From Eledone cirrhosa (Eukaryota), in contig OZ024762.1 of assembly GCA_964016885.1 (NCBI GenBank), forward strand, positions 20,708,001 through 20,772,000: a DNA stretch of 64,000 nt, read 5' to 3'. A model generated the notes under the pieces. It did not search any database. It was not told the DNA's origin and saw only the letters and a program-made list of their open reading frames with translations. Both the position numbers and the translations under genes were made by a program. Below, one piece after another: positions 26,367-39,388 of this stretch; the stretch's first letter is position 1; the number at the start of each line of letters is the position of its first letter.

Positions 26367-27830
26367 AGACAGTCCACGCTGTAAATGTGGCCATGTAGGC
26401 AACACGGTAAAAACCTCCCAGCCCCACACTGTAAATGTGGTTGGTGTTAGGAAGGGCATCCAGCTGTAGAAAACCTGCCAGACAGTCCACGCTGTAATGT
26501 GGCCGTGTAGGCAACACGGTAAAAACCTCCCAACCCCACACTGTAAATGTGGTTGGTGTTAGGAAGGGCATCCAGCTGTAGAAAACCCGCCAGACAGTCC
26601 ACGCTGTAATGTGGCCGTGTAGGCAACACGGTAAAAACCTCCCAGCCCCACACTGTAAATGTGGTTGGTGTTAGGAAGGGCATCCAACTGTAGAAAACCC
26701 GCCAGACAGTCCATACTGTAATGTGGCCGTGTAGGCAACACGGTAAAAACCTCCCAGACCCACACTGTAAATGTGGTTGGTGTTAGGAAGGGCATCCAGC
26801 TGTAGAAAACCTGCCAGACAGTCCACGCTGTAATGTGGCCGTGTAGGCAACACGGTAAAAACCTCCCAACCCCACACTGTAAATGTGGTTGGTGTTAGGA
26901 AGGGCATCCAGTTGTAGAAAACCCGCCAGACAGTCCACGCTGTAATGTGGCCGTGTAGGCAACACGGTAAAAACCTCTCAGCCCCACACTGTAAATGTGG
27001 TTGGTGTTAGGAAGGGCATCCAACTGTAGAAAACCCGCCAGACAGTCCACGCTGTAATGTGGCCGTGTAGGCAACACGGTAAAAACCTCCCAGCCCCACA
27101 CTGTAAATGTGGTTGGTGTTAGGAAGGGCATCCAACTGTAGAAAACCCGCCAGACAGTCCACGCTGTAATGTGGCCGTGTAGGCAACACGGTAAAAACCT
27201 CCCAGCCCCACACTGTAAATGTGGTTGGTGTTAGGAAGGGCATCCAACTGTAGAAAACCCGCCAGACAGTCCACGCTGTAATGTGGCCGTGTAGGCAACA
27301 CGGTAAAAACCTCCCAGCCCCACACTGTAAATGTGGTTGGTGTTAGGAAGGGCATCCAGCTGTAGAAAACCTGCCAGACAGTCCACGCTGTAAATGTGGC
27401 CGTGTAGGCAACACGGTAAAAACCTCCCAGCCCCACACTGTAAATGTGGTTGGTGTTAGGAAGGGCATCCAGCTGTAGAAAACCCGCCAGACAGTCCATG
27501 CTGTAATGTGGCCGTGTAGGCAACACGGTAAAAACCTCCCAGCCCCACACTGTAAATGTGGTTGGTGTTAGGAAGGGCATCCAGCTGTAGAAAACCCGCC
27601 AGACAGTCCACGCTGTAATGTGGCCGTGTAGGCAACACGGTAAAAACCTCCCAGCCCCACACTGTAAATGTGGTTGGTGTTAGGAAGGGCATCCAGCTGT
27701 AGAAAACCCGCCAGACAGTCCTATGCGAGCAGGACAACCACTCTTGCCTCAAGTGGGAAAACCCCCGTCCAAACCCATGCAAGCGTGGAACACGGACGCT
27801 AAACCTGATGATGATGATGATGATGATGAT
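26367..27830 (+). repeat. 12 x 112-bp tandem array made from a SINE segment, followed by the SINE's RTE-type (GAT)n tail
   Basis: Units from 26367 to 27712 at 112/113-bp spacing. A monomeric element is present at 29696-29920 (-). Confidence 0.95.
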
Positions 27831-27862
27831 TACTAAGTTTTGTGACCATCAATATTAAGTAG

Positions 27863-27912
<50 letters not shown>

Positions 27913-27914
<2 letters not shown>

Positions 27915-28290
27915 GATATTAACAAATGGAAACTATATTTATAAAACCATATTTATTTCATTATACATATTTCAAGGACACCAAGAATGCAACCATTACT
28001 GTTGGAAGCTCCCGGATACTATTCGGGAGCTTCCAACAGTAATGGTTGCATTCTTTAAGGGTATGTCAATATTTATTTATAAAACTGCTCTATATTATAT
28101 TTTATCTGATGAAAGCACACCATAATTTAACTTGGTGTCCTTGAAATATGTATAATGAAATAAATATGGTTTTATAAATATAGTTTCAATTTGTTAATAT
28201 CGTATTTTTAATCCAATTATTTGTTGAGTGCTTTATATCAGTTATAAAAATATTCGCTTGTATCCCAACAATTTAAATAGAACTTCTACA
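27913..28290. mobile_element. Family-D fold-back insert with a nested central hairpin; hammerhead at 28099-28161 (+)
   Basis: ATTTTAT-CTGATGA-AAGCACACCA..TGGTGTCCTT-GAA-AT(ATGT)AT-A^ATGAAAT. Central inverted repeat at 27983-28055; flanked by (TA)n. Confidence 0.75.
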
Positions 28291-28314
28291 TTTATATATA
28301 TATATATATATATA

Positions 28315-28526
28315 GGAACGAGTAGGAACCCGACGGCTGAGATCAAGCCATTTCGACGGCTAATTCTGGACTCAAAAGTCTATATGAGTCCAGAATTAGC
28401 CGTCGAAACGGCTTGAGCTCAGCCGTCGGGGTCCTACTCGTTCCTATTACCCACTCTACTACTCTAAGTATTGAGTACTTTGGTGCGTTATGGTCCATCT
28501 GGTTCCTTACCACATTTCCTTCGTTA
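28315..28526. mobile_element. Family-B fold-back insert
   Basis: Arms fold at CTGGACTCA..TGAGTCCAG; (TA)n on both sides. Confidence 0.8.
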
Positions 28527-28827
28527 TATATATATATATATTTATATATATATGTATGTATATATAGACACCATATATATTTCCGTGGGTACTTAGTACC
28601 TACTGGAATATCTATATCATTTATCTGAATTCTCCTTAATGTTGAGAAAAATATGCTGTATCATGCTGCTATTTCTAGTAACATGAAATATCAACTAGTC
28701 TATTATTCCCGCTCTTTCTAACGGCCCACTTGTGTGGTGGTCATTTTAGCGGCTTGATTCCTTCACCGGGCAGAAAGCGACACATCCACATCTACGTGGA
28801 TTTATATCTAGTAGGTTTGGAAAAGCT

Positions 28828-28902
28828 ATCTGAAGAGCTATATCTTTCCATTGGAAATTCTCTGAATTTCCAATCTTTTGATTGGCGAAACTGTCGGTCA
28901 TG
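28828..28902 (+). ncRNA. Hammerhead motif with extended stem II
   Basis: AT-CTGAAGA-GCTA..ATTGGAAATTC(TCT)GAATTTCCAAT..TGGC-GAA-ACTG(T)CGGT-C^AT; stem I is short. Confidence 0.6.
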
Positions 28903-29150
28903 ACACTAGAGGAGGTAAATATTTAAATCGTATTTTAATTTATTTAAAAGATTGTTTAATGTTTACTTGTTCCGCTCATATATATATATCACACTGTAAA
29001 CGTGGTTGGTGTTAGGAAGGGCATCCAGCCGTAGAAAACCCGCCAGACAGTCCTATGCGAGCAAGACAACCACTCTTGCCTCAAGTGGGAAAACTCCCGT
29101 CCAAACTCATGCAAGCGTGGAAGATGGACGTTAAACGATGATGATGATGA

Positions 29151-29188
<38 letters not shown>

Positions 29189-29266
29189 CATATATATATA
29201 TTTATATATGGATATACACATATATATATATACATATACATATATGGATATATATATATATATAAT

Positions 29267-29573
29267 CATCATCATCATCATCATTTTACATCCGCTTTTC
29301 CCTGCTTGCAAGGGTGGGATGGGAACTGATTCTGGTTTGATTTCTACAGCTGGATGCCCTTCCTTAAACCAACCTCATTTACAGTGAGTGTTGGGTGCTT
29401 TTTTGCCGTGGCACCTCCACGACCACTTTGCAGTGGAATGATAGGGACCCCAGTCCTATCATCTCATTTCTACAGCTGAGTAAACTGGAGCAATGTGAAA
29501 TAAAGTGTCTTGCTCAAGGAAACAACGCATCGATTGCAATCCCAATGCTCTAACCACTAAGCCATGTGCCTCC
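29267..29573 (-). mobile_element. tRNA-headed CORE-like SINE family 2 (internally deleted)
   Basis: Homologous to 32986-33331. Confidence 0.8.
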
Positions 29574-29574
29574 A

Positions 29575-29607
<33 letters not shown>

Positions 29608-30097
29608 ATATATATATATATATGTGTATATATATATATATATACATGTGTGTATATATATATATATACACATGTATATATATATATATATATATATCAT
29701 CATCATCATCATCATCAACGTTTAACGTCCGTGTTCCACGCTTGCATGGGTTTGGACGGGGGTAGTCCCACTTGAGGCAAGAGTGATTGTCTTGCTCGCA
29801 TAGGACTGTCTGGCAGGTTTTCTACAGTTGGATGCCCTTCCTAACACCAACCACATTTACAGTGTGGGTCTGGGAGGTTTTTACCGTGTTGCCTACACGG
29901 CCACATTACAGCGTGGACTGTGTGTTTTTTTGTCGTGACACCTACACGATCTCATTTGTTTCGGCCTGGATGGCGCGGCACCAACATAACTTTACATAGA
30001 ACGGGGTGGTGTGGATGGGGTGGGGGTGGCGGCGGGAGGGGTGTATTTTGTTAGAGATGCCTACTGGCAAGGCGGGTCTTCTCTGTTACTGAGTACC

Positions 30098-30134
<37 letters not shown>

Positions 30135-30334
30135 GTGTATATATATTGAGCTATACCTTTACTGTCATTTCTATAATACGAAGAGGGTGTTTAACTCCAA
30201 CACACTCTAGTATTTCAATTCTTATATATATATATATATACATGTATATATATATATATATATTTATATATATACACACATGTATATATATATATATACA
30301 CATATATATCTCTCTCACTTTATATATATACCTA

Positions 30335-30410
<76 letters not shown>

Positions 30411-30955
30411 CACATACAATAGTATATAGAATATATGTATGGAGGGCACGAGGCTGGGTGGTGGAGTCACTTCCAAATAGGTTACAGTAAAAAGGGGAGA
30501 GTAACTAATGAGTAAACTGAATATAATGCAGGATGTATATCATTAAGACACAGCAAGGATGACAGAGAACAGCCTTACTTTTAATCTTACTTTATTGAAA
30601 AACATCACTGGTGTTATTTCCATGAATGCGTTTTTATTAAGGATTTTTCATATTTCCTTATTAGCCCTTCATATTTTGTTTGGAACAATAAACTACCAGG
30701 GACAGTCAACATTTCAACACCTTCCCCCACCGATATTGATTTTTTATTCCAGATTTCAGATAAAGGGTTGATATTACTGTTATGAAGGCTGTTTTTATTC
30801 TTGCTAATATTCATGAAAATACTGTTGTTGTTGTTGCTGTTGTTGTTGTGGATGTTGTTGTTGTTGTTGCTGTTGTTGTTGTTGTTGTTGTCACTGTTTC
30901 TCATTTATATTGAGCATCTATTGTTTTAGTTTCGCTGTCTCTCTCTCTTTCTCTC

Positions 30956-31011
<56 letters not shown>

Positions 31012-31029
31012 TATATACATATATATATA

Positions 31030-31187
31030 CGTGGACACACTAGAAGAGGAAGACCAAGGTTAACGTATGTTGATGCCCTAAGGACAGACACTGGTCGGTT
31101 GGAGACGCAGGACATGGCAGCGATAATGAGGGACAGAGACCGCTGGAGAGAACTCGTCCATGGATCTCGTGAATTTTTATCCGCCTT

Positions 31188-31190
<3 letters not shown>
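31030..31190 (+). mobile_element. RTE 3'-end fragment embedded in (TA)n
   Basis: [34 protein letters not shown] (RGRP and DR.W C-terminal RTE motifs). Confidence 0.75.
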
Positions 31191-31265
<75 letters not shown>

Positions 31266-31268
31266 GTA

Positions 31269-31315
<47 letters not shown>

Positions 31316-31321
31316 GTATAT

Positions 31322-31373
<52 letters not shown>

Positions 31374-31378
<5 letters not shown>

Positions 31379-32441
31379 GTGAGTCCTTCATCAGTGACCC
31401 TCCAAACGTCCTCGGCATTTCATCGCTTTAAGGGCCATATGCCTCAGGTTGGTGCGAACAACGGCTAAAAAAAGTCGTTGGGACACGTAAATAAAGGGGG
31501 ACGCTAGAGTAACAACAAAAAGGTTTAAGCAACGGAAAGTGAGTAGAAATAGACAAGTCCCAGATCTCTATGAATATAAACTCTGTGAAATCGTGAACAA
31601 GAGACGAAAGACCATCAAACCTGGTTGAAATGTGAGCAAGGAAAGAATTTCGCCCAAGTTTGACGGGGGGGGGGGGGGGGGGAGAGAGAGAGAGAGAAAG
31701 GAGAGAAGAGGAAGAAGAAGAAGAAGAAGAAGAAGAAGAAGATAAAGGGGTCTGGTCTACGAATTCGGTAAACGCAAGTTTTGTGAGGTCGCAGACGAAA
31801 AAGAGAGAGAACTTTGTCTGTTTCGTTCCTTGTATCTTTACCACTTCTAGCAGTCTCCCTCTCTGTTACCCTCTCCTCAACTTTCACTCACTCATTCTCT
31901 GTCACTACCTCTCCTCCTCCTCTTTCCTCCTCCTCCTTCAAGTTTGACCTGTGTGTAATTCTTTTCTCGCGCAGTCTTGACCGAGCTGGTATGAAATTTT
32001 TTTTCTCTCTCTCTTTCGTCTGCGACCTCACAAAACTTGCGTTTACCGAATTCGTAGACCAGACCCCTTTATCTTCTTCTTCTTCTTCTTCTTCTTCTTC
32101 TTCTTCCTCTTCTCTCCTTTCTCTCTCTCTCTCTCTCTTTTTTCCCCCCCGTCAAACTTGGGCGAAATTCTTTCCTTGCTCACATTTCAACCAGGTTTGA
32201 TGGTCTTTCGTCTCTTGTTCACGATTTCACAGAGTTTATATTCATAGAGATCTGGGACTTGTCTATTTCTACTCACTTTCCGTTGCTTAAACCTTTTTGT
32301 TGTTACTCTAGCGTCCCCCTTTATTTACGTGTCCCAACGACTTTTTTTAGCCGTTGTTCGCACCAACCTGAGGCATATGGCCCTTAAAGCGATGAAATGC
32401 CGAGGACGGTTGGAGGGTCACTGATGAAGGACTCACTTTTT
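31374..32441. repeat. Long inverted repeat: arms of about 440 bp (31374-31811, 32002-32441) and a spacer of about 190 bp
   Basis: Arms are near-perfect reverse complements, including an internal (GAA)n. Each ends in outward-facing CTGATGAAGGAC. Flanked by (TA)n. Confidence 0.92.
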
Positions 32442-32883
32442 CATATGTATCCCATTTGCAACGCCGCAGCTCCATTATTATCATATATATATATATATAT
32501 ATACACGCACATGCTCTGTAGCATATAGTTAGCTCCCTTTACGTTCTGAGTTCAAATCCCGCCAAGGTTAATTTTGCCTTTCACCCTTACCGGGTCGATA
32601 AAATAAAGTACCAGTAATGTACTGGGGTCGATTCAATCGACTTTCCCCTCCCCTGAAATTTCTGGCCTTGTGCCTATAGTAGAAACAATTATTATTATTA
32701 TTGAATTCAAATCCTAATGAGGTTTGCTTTACCTTTCATCCTTACGGGGTCGAGAAAATAAAGTACCAGTAACATATTGGTGTCAATGTAATTGACATTC
32801 CCCACCCCCAACCCAAGGTTAGCTTTGCCTTTCATCCTAACAGGGTTGATAAAATAAAGTACCAGTAATGCACTGAGGTTGAT

Positions 32884-33410
32884 TTAACCCTTTAGCATTT
32901 AAACCGGCCATATCTCACCTCTTCCTGTTCAAACTGGCTGTAACTCGCCGCTCATACTGATGTTAAGGTTTTGTTTTCGGAATATGGAGGCACATGGCTT
33001 AGTGGTTAGAGCATTGGCCTTGCAATCGAAAGGTTGTGAGTTCAATTCTCAGACCGGGTGATGTGTTGTTTCCTTGAGCAAGACACTTTATTTCACATTG
33101 CTCCAGTTTACTCAGCTGTAGAAATGAGATGATAGGGACTGGGGTCCCTATCATTCCACTGTAAAGTGGTCGTGGAGGTGCCACGGCAAAAAAGCACCCA
33201 GCACTCACTGTAAATGAGGTTGGTGTTAGGAAGGGCATCCAGCTGTAGAAATCAAGCCAGAATCAGTTCCCGTCCCACCCTTGCAAGCAGGGAAAAAGCG
33301 GACGTAAAATGAAATGGTGATGATGATGATGAATAAATAGCATCAAAATCTCTTAGATTCGATATTACCACAATAGTAAAGATAGAGTAATGTAAATGCT
33401 AATGGGTTAA
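32884..33410. mobile_element. TTAA-bounded MITE interrupted by a SINE
   Basis: TTAACCCTTTAGCATTT...AAATGCTAATGGGTTAA; SINE inserted with a probable GAATA target-site duplication. Confidence 0.8.
32986..33331 (+). mobile_element. Full-length tRNA-headed CORE-like SINE family 2 with RTE tail
   Basis: A-box TGGCTTAGTGG, B-box GAGTTCAATTC, CORE-like CCTTGAGCAAGACACTT..CAGTTTACTCAGCTGTAGAAATG, and a tail matching the LINE end at 47655-47707. Other copies at 44717-45120 (-) and 49357-49757 (+); heads at 48235 and 49118. Confidence 0.88.
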
Positions 33411-33710
33411 TCGACTTTTCCTCACCTTCAAACTGTTGGCCTTGTGCCAAAAATCGAAACCATTATTAGTCAGGTAAAGGCAGTGGATTGGAAGAATTGT
33501 TAAAATGTTGGTCAGATACCCTTGTAGGTGTCATGACAAAAAGCAATCAGCCCACACTGTTAATGTGGTTGGCATTAGGAAGGGCATCCAGTTGTAGAAA
33601 ACCAGCCAGAAACTCTCCTATATGAGCGAGACACAGTCACCCAACCTAACTTGCCTCTAAATGGGACAAACCCGTCTAGCCCATTCTAGCATGGAAGATA
33701 GACGTTAATC

Positions 33711-33748
<38 letters not shown>

Positions 33749-34379
33749 ATTACAGCTCTTTACATTCTGAGTTCAAATCCTGCCTAGGTCAACATTGCCT
33801 TTCAACATTGCCTGGGAGAGGATGAGGGTCTAAAAAATAAGTACCAGTTAAATACTGGGGTTGATGTAATCAACTTTTCGTCTTCTCTCAAATTGCTGAT
33901 TTTGCACTAATTTTTAACCAGAAAAAAAACTATTGTTTTTTTTTTGTTTTGTTTTGTTTTTTTTTTGTTTCATTTATTTTTTATTTTTTATTTCCAGAAA
34001 ATTCCAAGATGTTTCAGAAACAGAAGAGAATCCCGAGAAGTCAGCTGCGGATATGAAGGTGGATGGAATAACGGATTTATCAGTTTGGGGTTTTAATTCT
34101 TTATTCCACCCACACTAATATAGAAAACATCATCAATCTACTAAAATAACAAAGAAAGAAAGAAAAAAAGAAAGAAAGAAAAAAAAAGAAAGAAAGAAAG
34201 AAATGGATAAAATTGTGTTTTCATGGCTTCTTTTTTTTTTTCTCTTATGTTTTTCTTTGCCGTTTAAGATGCCTCAAAGATGTCACAATATATGTTGCAA
34301 TGTATAATCGCAACTTATATTTCTTGCCAGTAGCATAAACCATAGAATATCTTCCTTACAGCATCTTAGGAAGAATATC

Positions 34380-34441
<62 letters not shown>

Positions 34442-34761
34442 CATATATATATATATTTTTATATATATAAACATATATATTTATATATAAACATACATAT
34501 ATTTATATATATTAAAATATATATATGTGTGTGTGTAGGCGTATGCATATGTGTGTATAGCTACACATACACACACATATATATATTTGGGTATGTGTAT
34601 ATATATATATATATATACATTAGTTTGATTGTAATTAATGTGTGTTCAGCATTTAATGCAATACTGTGATTTAAATGTGCAGCTATGTTAAATCAGTATC
34701 TATCTGTACATATATATGCATACACATGCGCATGCGCACACACATACACACACACGCACAC

Positions 34762-34794
<33 letters not shown>

Positions 34795-34854
34795 TAACAA
34801 ATCTGTTGATCCACACTTATAATAGAAATAAACAACTTTGTACCATAGAACAAG

Positions 34855-35150
34855 GCAAGGATTTGAAAAGCGCACCCGGAATATATATATAAAGGATCTT
34901 TATAGCAGGTCCAAAAATTTATGTTAGCAAAGCCTGCTTTCTCCATTTTGGATTATCAAAACATTTGTTATTAGGTTAAATTGTTTTTTCTTCAAATAAT
35001 GCAGGAGTTTTAATGAAAAAACAATTTAACCTAATAACAAATGTTTTGATAATCCAAAACAGAGAAAGCAGACTTTGCTAACATCAATGTTTGTACCTGC
35101 TATAAAGGTCCTTTATATATATATATATACCAGGTGCGGTTTTCAAACCC
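34855..35150. repeat. Imperfect fold-back of about 135-bp arms in (TA)n context
   Basis: GGATTATCAAAACATTTGTTATTAGGTTAAATTGTTTTTTC mirrored at 35015-35056; the outer arms are diverged. Confidence 0.8.
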
Positions 35151-35216
35151 TTTTTTTCATCACTTTCCTTATATAATGTGATCTATGTAGAACATTTTCT
35201 AACATCCACACTTTTT

Positions 35217-35247
<31 letters not shown>

Positions 35248-35497
35248 GGTGGTGGCGGTGGTGGTAGTGATGGTGATGATGATGATGGTAACACATGATG
35301 ATGATGATGATGATGATGATGACTACTATTCCAGTCATTCAGTTTGACCCGCATCATGTATCATCTAATTTCACAAACTTTTCTTTCAATATCATAACAC
35401 TAACTAACCCCATTTTTGTAGCAAGTTCTAACTTGCAGCATTATTCAGTTTAATAAACTATATATATATATATACATACATATGTATGTATATATAC

Positions 35498-35530
<33 letters not shown>

Positions 35531-36255
35531 AGTAAAGTCCAGCATTCTTGAGTAACCATCAGTGTCGGTTGAGAAGTAATAACAGCTATTATTTCAATTA
35601 ACGAACATATTAATTGTATATTTTAAAGCATTCTCAATGAAACTTTGAATTGATATTTGTTTCTGATCACCCCGACTGTATAATTATCTTATAATTTTGG
35701 TTTCATTTCTTATATAATTATAATGAATCAGAAAAGCTGGAAGCTGGAAGAAGCTGGATGTATGTGTTAACTGTAAACTGGTGAATTTTATTTCTCTTAT
35801 AACTGTAAATATACAGTGTAGTGAGAGCAATAAACACAATAACATGTTCAATATATTACAATATTGATTTCTGTTTGTTCTAAACAGGCTCAATGAGAAG
35901 AAACCAACCAATCAAGCCGTGGTAAATGACATGCATTTAGCCAACGAGAAGACTGGCTTTTGTGTTTGATGGTGATGGTTAAGACTGACTAAAACAGCCA
36001 ATCAGAGGGAGCCATACAGAAAACAAAGTGGGCAAAGAGACGGAAACTGGCAAACCAACTATAATGGATGTATTGCTGTACAGATGTTCACTCTGTCTGT
36101 CTACCTCTCTCTCTCTCTCTCACACACACTCTCTCCTCTCTCTCTCTAAGTTGTTAGTCTCCCTTTCTCTCTCTCTCACACACACACACACTCACACATT
36201 CTCTCTCTCATACACACACACACACACACACTCTCACATCATACACACATACTCC

Positions 36256-36295
<40 letters not shown>

Positions 36296-36454
36296 GTAAG
36301 GTGTAAGTTGTTAGTCTCCCTTTCTATCTCTGTCTCTCTCTCACACACACACACACACACTCACCCCTCTCTCTATCTCTGTTGTTAGTCTCCTCTCTCT
36401 TTCTCTGTCTATCAGTTTCCTCTCTCTATCTCTCTTCCAGTCTCCACTCCCTTC

Positions 36455-36485
<31 letters not shown>

Positions 36486-37149
36486 CAGTAATCTCCCTAC
36501 TTATTAGATAATCTGTCAATAGAAGATTCTAGATCTTACAGTTGTTGTTGTTTAACCTGACCCTAAAACTATCCCTGTTTCTATGACCCTGTTGGCTTCT
36601 GTGAGCTGTTTATATCTTTCAAAAATCTTCCATATTTTATAATCTTCCATTTATATAATATACCTTTGTTAAGTTATCTTCCAAGGAACAAACTACCTGC
36701 ATCAGTTGTTAGCTGTCGGGACATTGCATCCTTCGAAACCGCCATGCTTCCCGAAATTCACCAACACTACACCTGATATTCCCCGTCCATACACACACAC
36801 ACACATGTATCTGTGTGTATATCATGACTCATACACTGTTCACTTTCCTGACATTTCTACATTATTCTATGTACTGTACATGCACCTTTGATGAGTTCTG
36901 GTGCACCTGAGCACTGTACACAAGAATTTATACATCCTTATGGGGTCGATATAATTAAGCACCAGTAATGCACTGGGTAATTGCTGGCCATGTGCCAAAA
37001 GTAGAAACAATTATTATTATTATTATTTTTAAGTTAGCTATATTAATAAATCTTTCTAAATTTTCGATTATTTAAAAAAAATATTTGAAAATCACAGGCT
37101 GTGTCTTTCATTAGAAATATGGTAAACAAAAGGGTTAAACCCTTTTGTT

Positions 37150-37670
37150 ATGGCCTGGAGAACTATAATTAACATGAGGGGCTTGATGACTGAGCCCTGA
37201 TAAACACCTACCTGCACATTGAATTCCTTACTAAACTTGTTACCTATTCTTACGTTACTGATAGCTCCTCTGTATATGGCTTACACTGCTCTCACAAGCT
37301 GTTCTTCTATATCTAACTTTTTAAGGACCACCAGGTAACATATCGAGGTTCTCTGTCTAAAACCCTCTCCAGATTGACAAAAATTAGATATTAGTGGCTT
37401 ACACCTAGCTAGGAACTTCTCTTGGAGTTGTCTCACTAGGAAGAGAGCACTGGCACAAAACCAAACTGCCTCTCATCCAATTTGACTCTTTCTTTAATTA
37501 GTTATACTAAAACCCTTTCTGTATCTTTTATAACTTGATCCATCAGTTTTATACCTTCAGTTGCCTCTTTCTAGAGCATCACCTTTTACCTTGTAGCAAT
37601 GACTGTCAGTCGTTGGGTATGACACCATCATGTCTGATTGACTATGCAGGTGTCTAGTTCAACTCCTACT
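37150..37670 (-). mobile_element. Degenerate RTE RT remnant
   Basis: Aligns by eye to 560-896 (for example GGCACAAAACCAAACTGC.TCTCATC), with indels. Confidence 0.75.
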
Positions 37671-37768
37671 TATCTAGATAATTTCATATATATGTTTATA
37701 TATATACCCTTGCAAGCAGGGTAAAGGAGACGTAAAATGACGATGATGATGATAATGATGATGATATA

Positions 37769-37807
<39 letters not shown>

Positions 37808-37809
<2 letters not shown>

Positions 37810-38008
37810 CGAAGGAAATGTGGTAAGGAACCAGGTGGACCATAACGCACCAAAGTACTCAATACTTAGGGTAGTAGAGTGGGTAATAGGAACCAGTAAG
37901 ACCCCGACGGCTGAGCTCAAGCCGTTTCGACGGCTAATTCCGGACTAAATTTAGTCCAGAATTAGCCGTCAAACGGCTTGAGCTCAGCCGTCGGGGTCTT
38001 ACTGGTTC
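37808..38008. mobile_element. Family-B fold-back insert
   Basis: Centre GGACTAAATTTAGTCC; long arm on the left. Confidence 0.82.
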
Positions 38009-38624
38009 ATATATATATATAAATATCGTTTTTAAAAAAACACTATAAAAACTGGAAAGTAGGTGAAGTTATATATATATAAATAAATATATATATGATG
38101 GGCGCAGCCTGAAGCTGGAGCATATATATATATATATATAGTATGCACCACCCCACCCTCCCTTACGTCTCTCATGAGGAGAGGCTGAAGTATACATCCA
38201 GTAAAGCCTCCACCCCACACAGTAAAGTGGTTGTGAAGGCAACATGGCAAAAAACACCGAGCCCACATTGTAAAGTGGTCTTGTAGGTGTCACAACAGAA
38301 AGCAGCCAGTCCATACTGCAAATGTGGTTGGCATTAGGAAGGGCGTCCAGCTGTAGAAAAGAACCCAGAAACAGTTCTTTGTGAGCAAGACATGGTCATC
38401 TGACCCAACTTGCCTCTAGTTGGACAACCCACCTAACCCATGCTAGTGTGGAAAAATGGACGCTAAATGGTGATGATGATGTAAACAAGACTATTATTGC
38501 TCCAACCAGCTGATCCACTTTCGATAATTACCCTAAATATATATACATCTAAACTACACACACACACACATACACATATATATATATATAAATATATAAA
38601 TATCATATATATATATATATATAT

Positions 38625-38828
38625 AGGAACGAGTAGGATCCCCAACGGCTGAGCTCGAGCCGTTTCGACGGCTAATTCTGGACTAAATTTAGTCCAGAAT
38701 TAGCCGTCGAAACGGCTTGAGCTCAGCCGTCGGGGTCCTACTCGTTCCTATTACCCACTCTACTACCCTAAGTATTGAGTACTTTGGTGCGTTATGGTCC
38801 ATCTGGTTCCTTACCACATTTCCTTCGT

Positions 38829-38830
<2 letters not shown>
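38625..38830. mobile_element. Family-B fold-back insert, opposite orientation
   Basis: Same centre GGACTAAATTTAGTCC; long arm on the right. Confidence 0.82.
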
Positions 38831-38867
<37 letters not shown>

Positions 38868-38935
38868 GTATGTATGTAAAAGGTAAACAGAAATAACAGC
38901 ACAATCGGTACAGTATATGGAAGGAATATATTAAG

Positions 38936-38965
38936 TTAACGTTTCAGACGCTAGTCCTTCATCAG
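38936..38965 (-). ncRNA. Minimal hammerhead motif, Penelope-type
   Basis: CTGATGA-A-GGAC-TAGC-GTCT-GAAAC-GTT. Confidence 0.65.
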
Positions 38966-39157
38966 AAGAAAGAATGAGAAATTAGATAGATTGAAGGGAA
39001 CGAACGCAAGCAATCATCGAATGTCCTATGTGTAAACAATGCACTTGGAAAACAAAGCCAACAACAAAGAAATCATGTAGTAGACAAGACCATCGGATTC
39101 CAAAATCATAAAATAACATTTGTAAAAACTTAGCCAATCATGAACTAAATATTTATA

Positions 39158-39388
39158 TTAACCCTTTGCCATTTACATTACTCTATCTATATACTATTGT
39201 AGTGTTGTGGTAAAAGCCTTATCTTCCATAATTATCTCACATAATACTGAATCTATGAGATTTAGATGTTATTTATTTTAAGAACAGTAATTTAATGTCA
39301 GTATGAGCGGCCAGTTACAGCTGGTTTGAACAGAAAGAGGTGAGAGAATCCTGGCTAGATATGGCCGGTTTAAATGCGAAAGGGTTAA
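39158..39388. mobile_element. TTAA-bounded MITE
   Basis: TTAACCCTTTG...AAAGGGTTAA. Confidence 0.8.

Noticed and set aside
9513-27712. Regular arrays (151, 61, 82 and 112 bp) as CRISPR arrays
   Set aside because: Units are near-identical throughout with no unique spacers, there are no cas genes, and the context is eukaryotic.
26196-27782. Repeated 78-aa ORFs (MPFLTPTTFTV...)
   Set aside because: Translations of the SINE-derived 112-bp array; the same peptide appears wherever the SINE occurs.
32391-32470. Complete hammerhead at the ends of the large inverted repeat
   Set aside because: CTGATGAAGGAC is present but I could not find a matching stem II partner, GAAA and stem I in type I, II or III order.
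32986-33060. tRNA gene
   Set aside because: It has A and B boxes but no closed acceptor stem and continues into a SINE body present in several copies.
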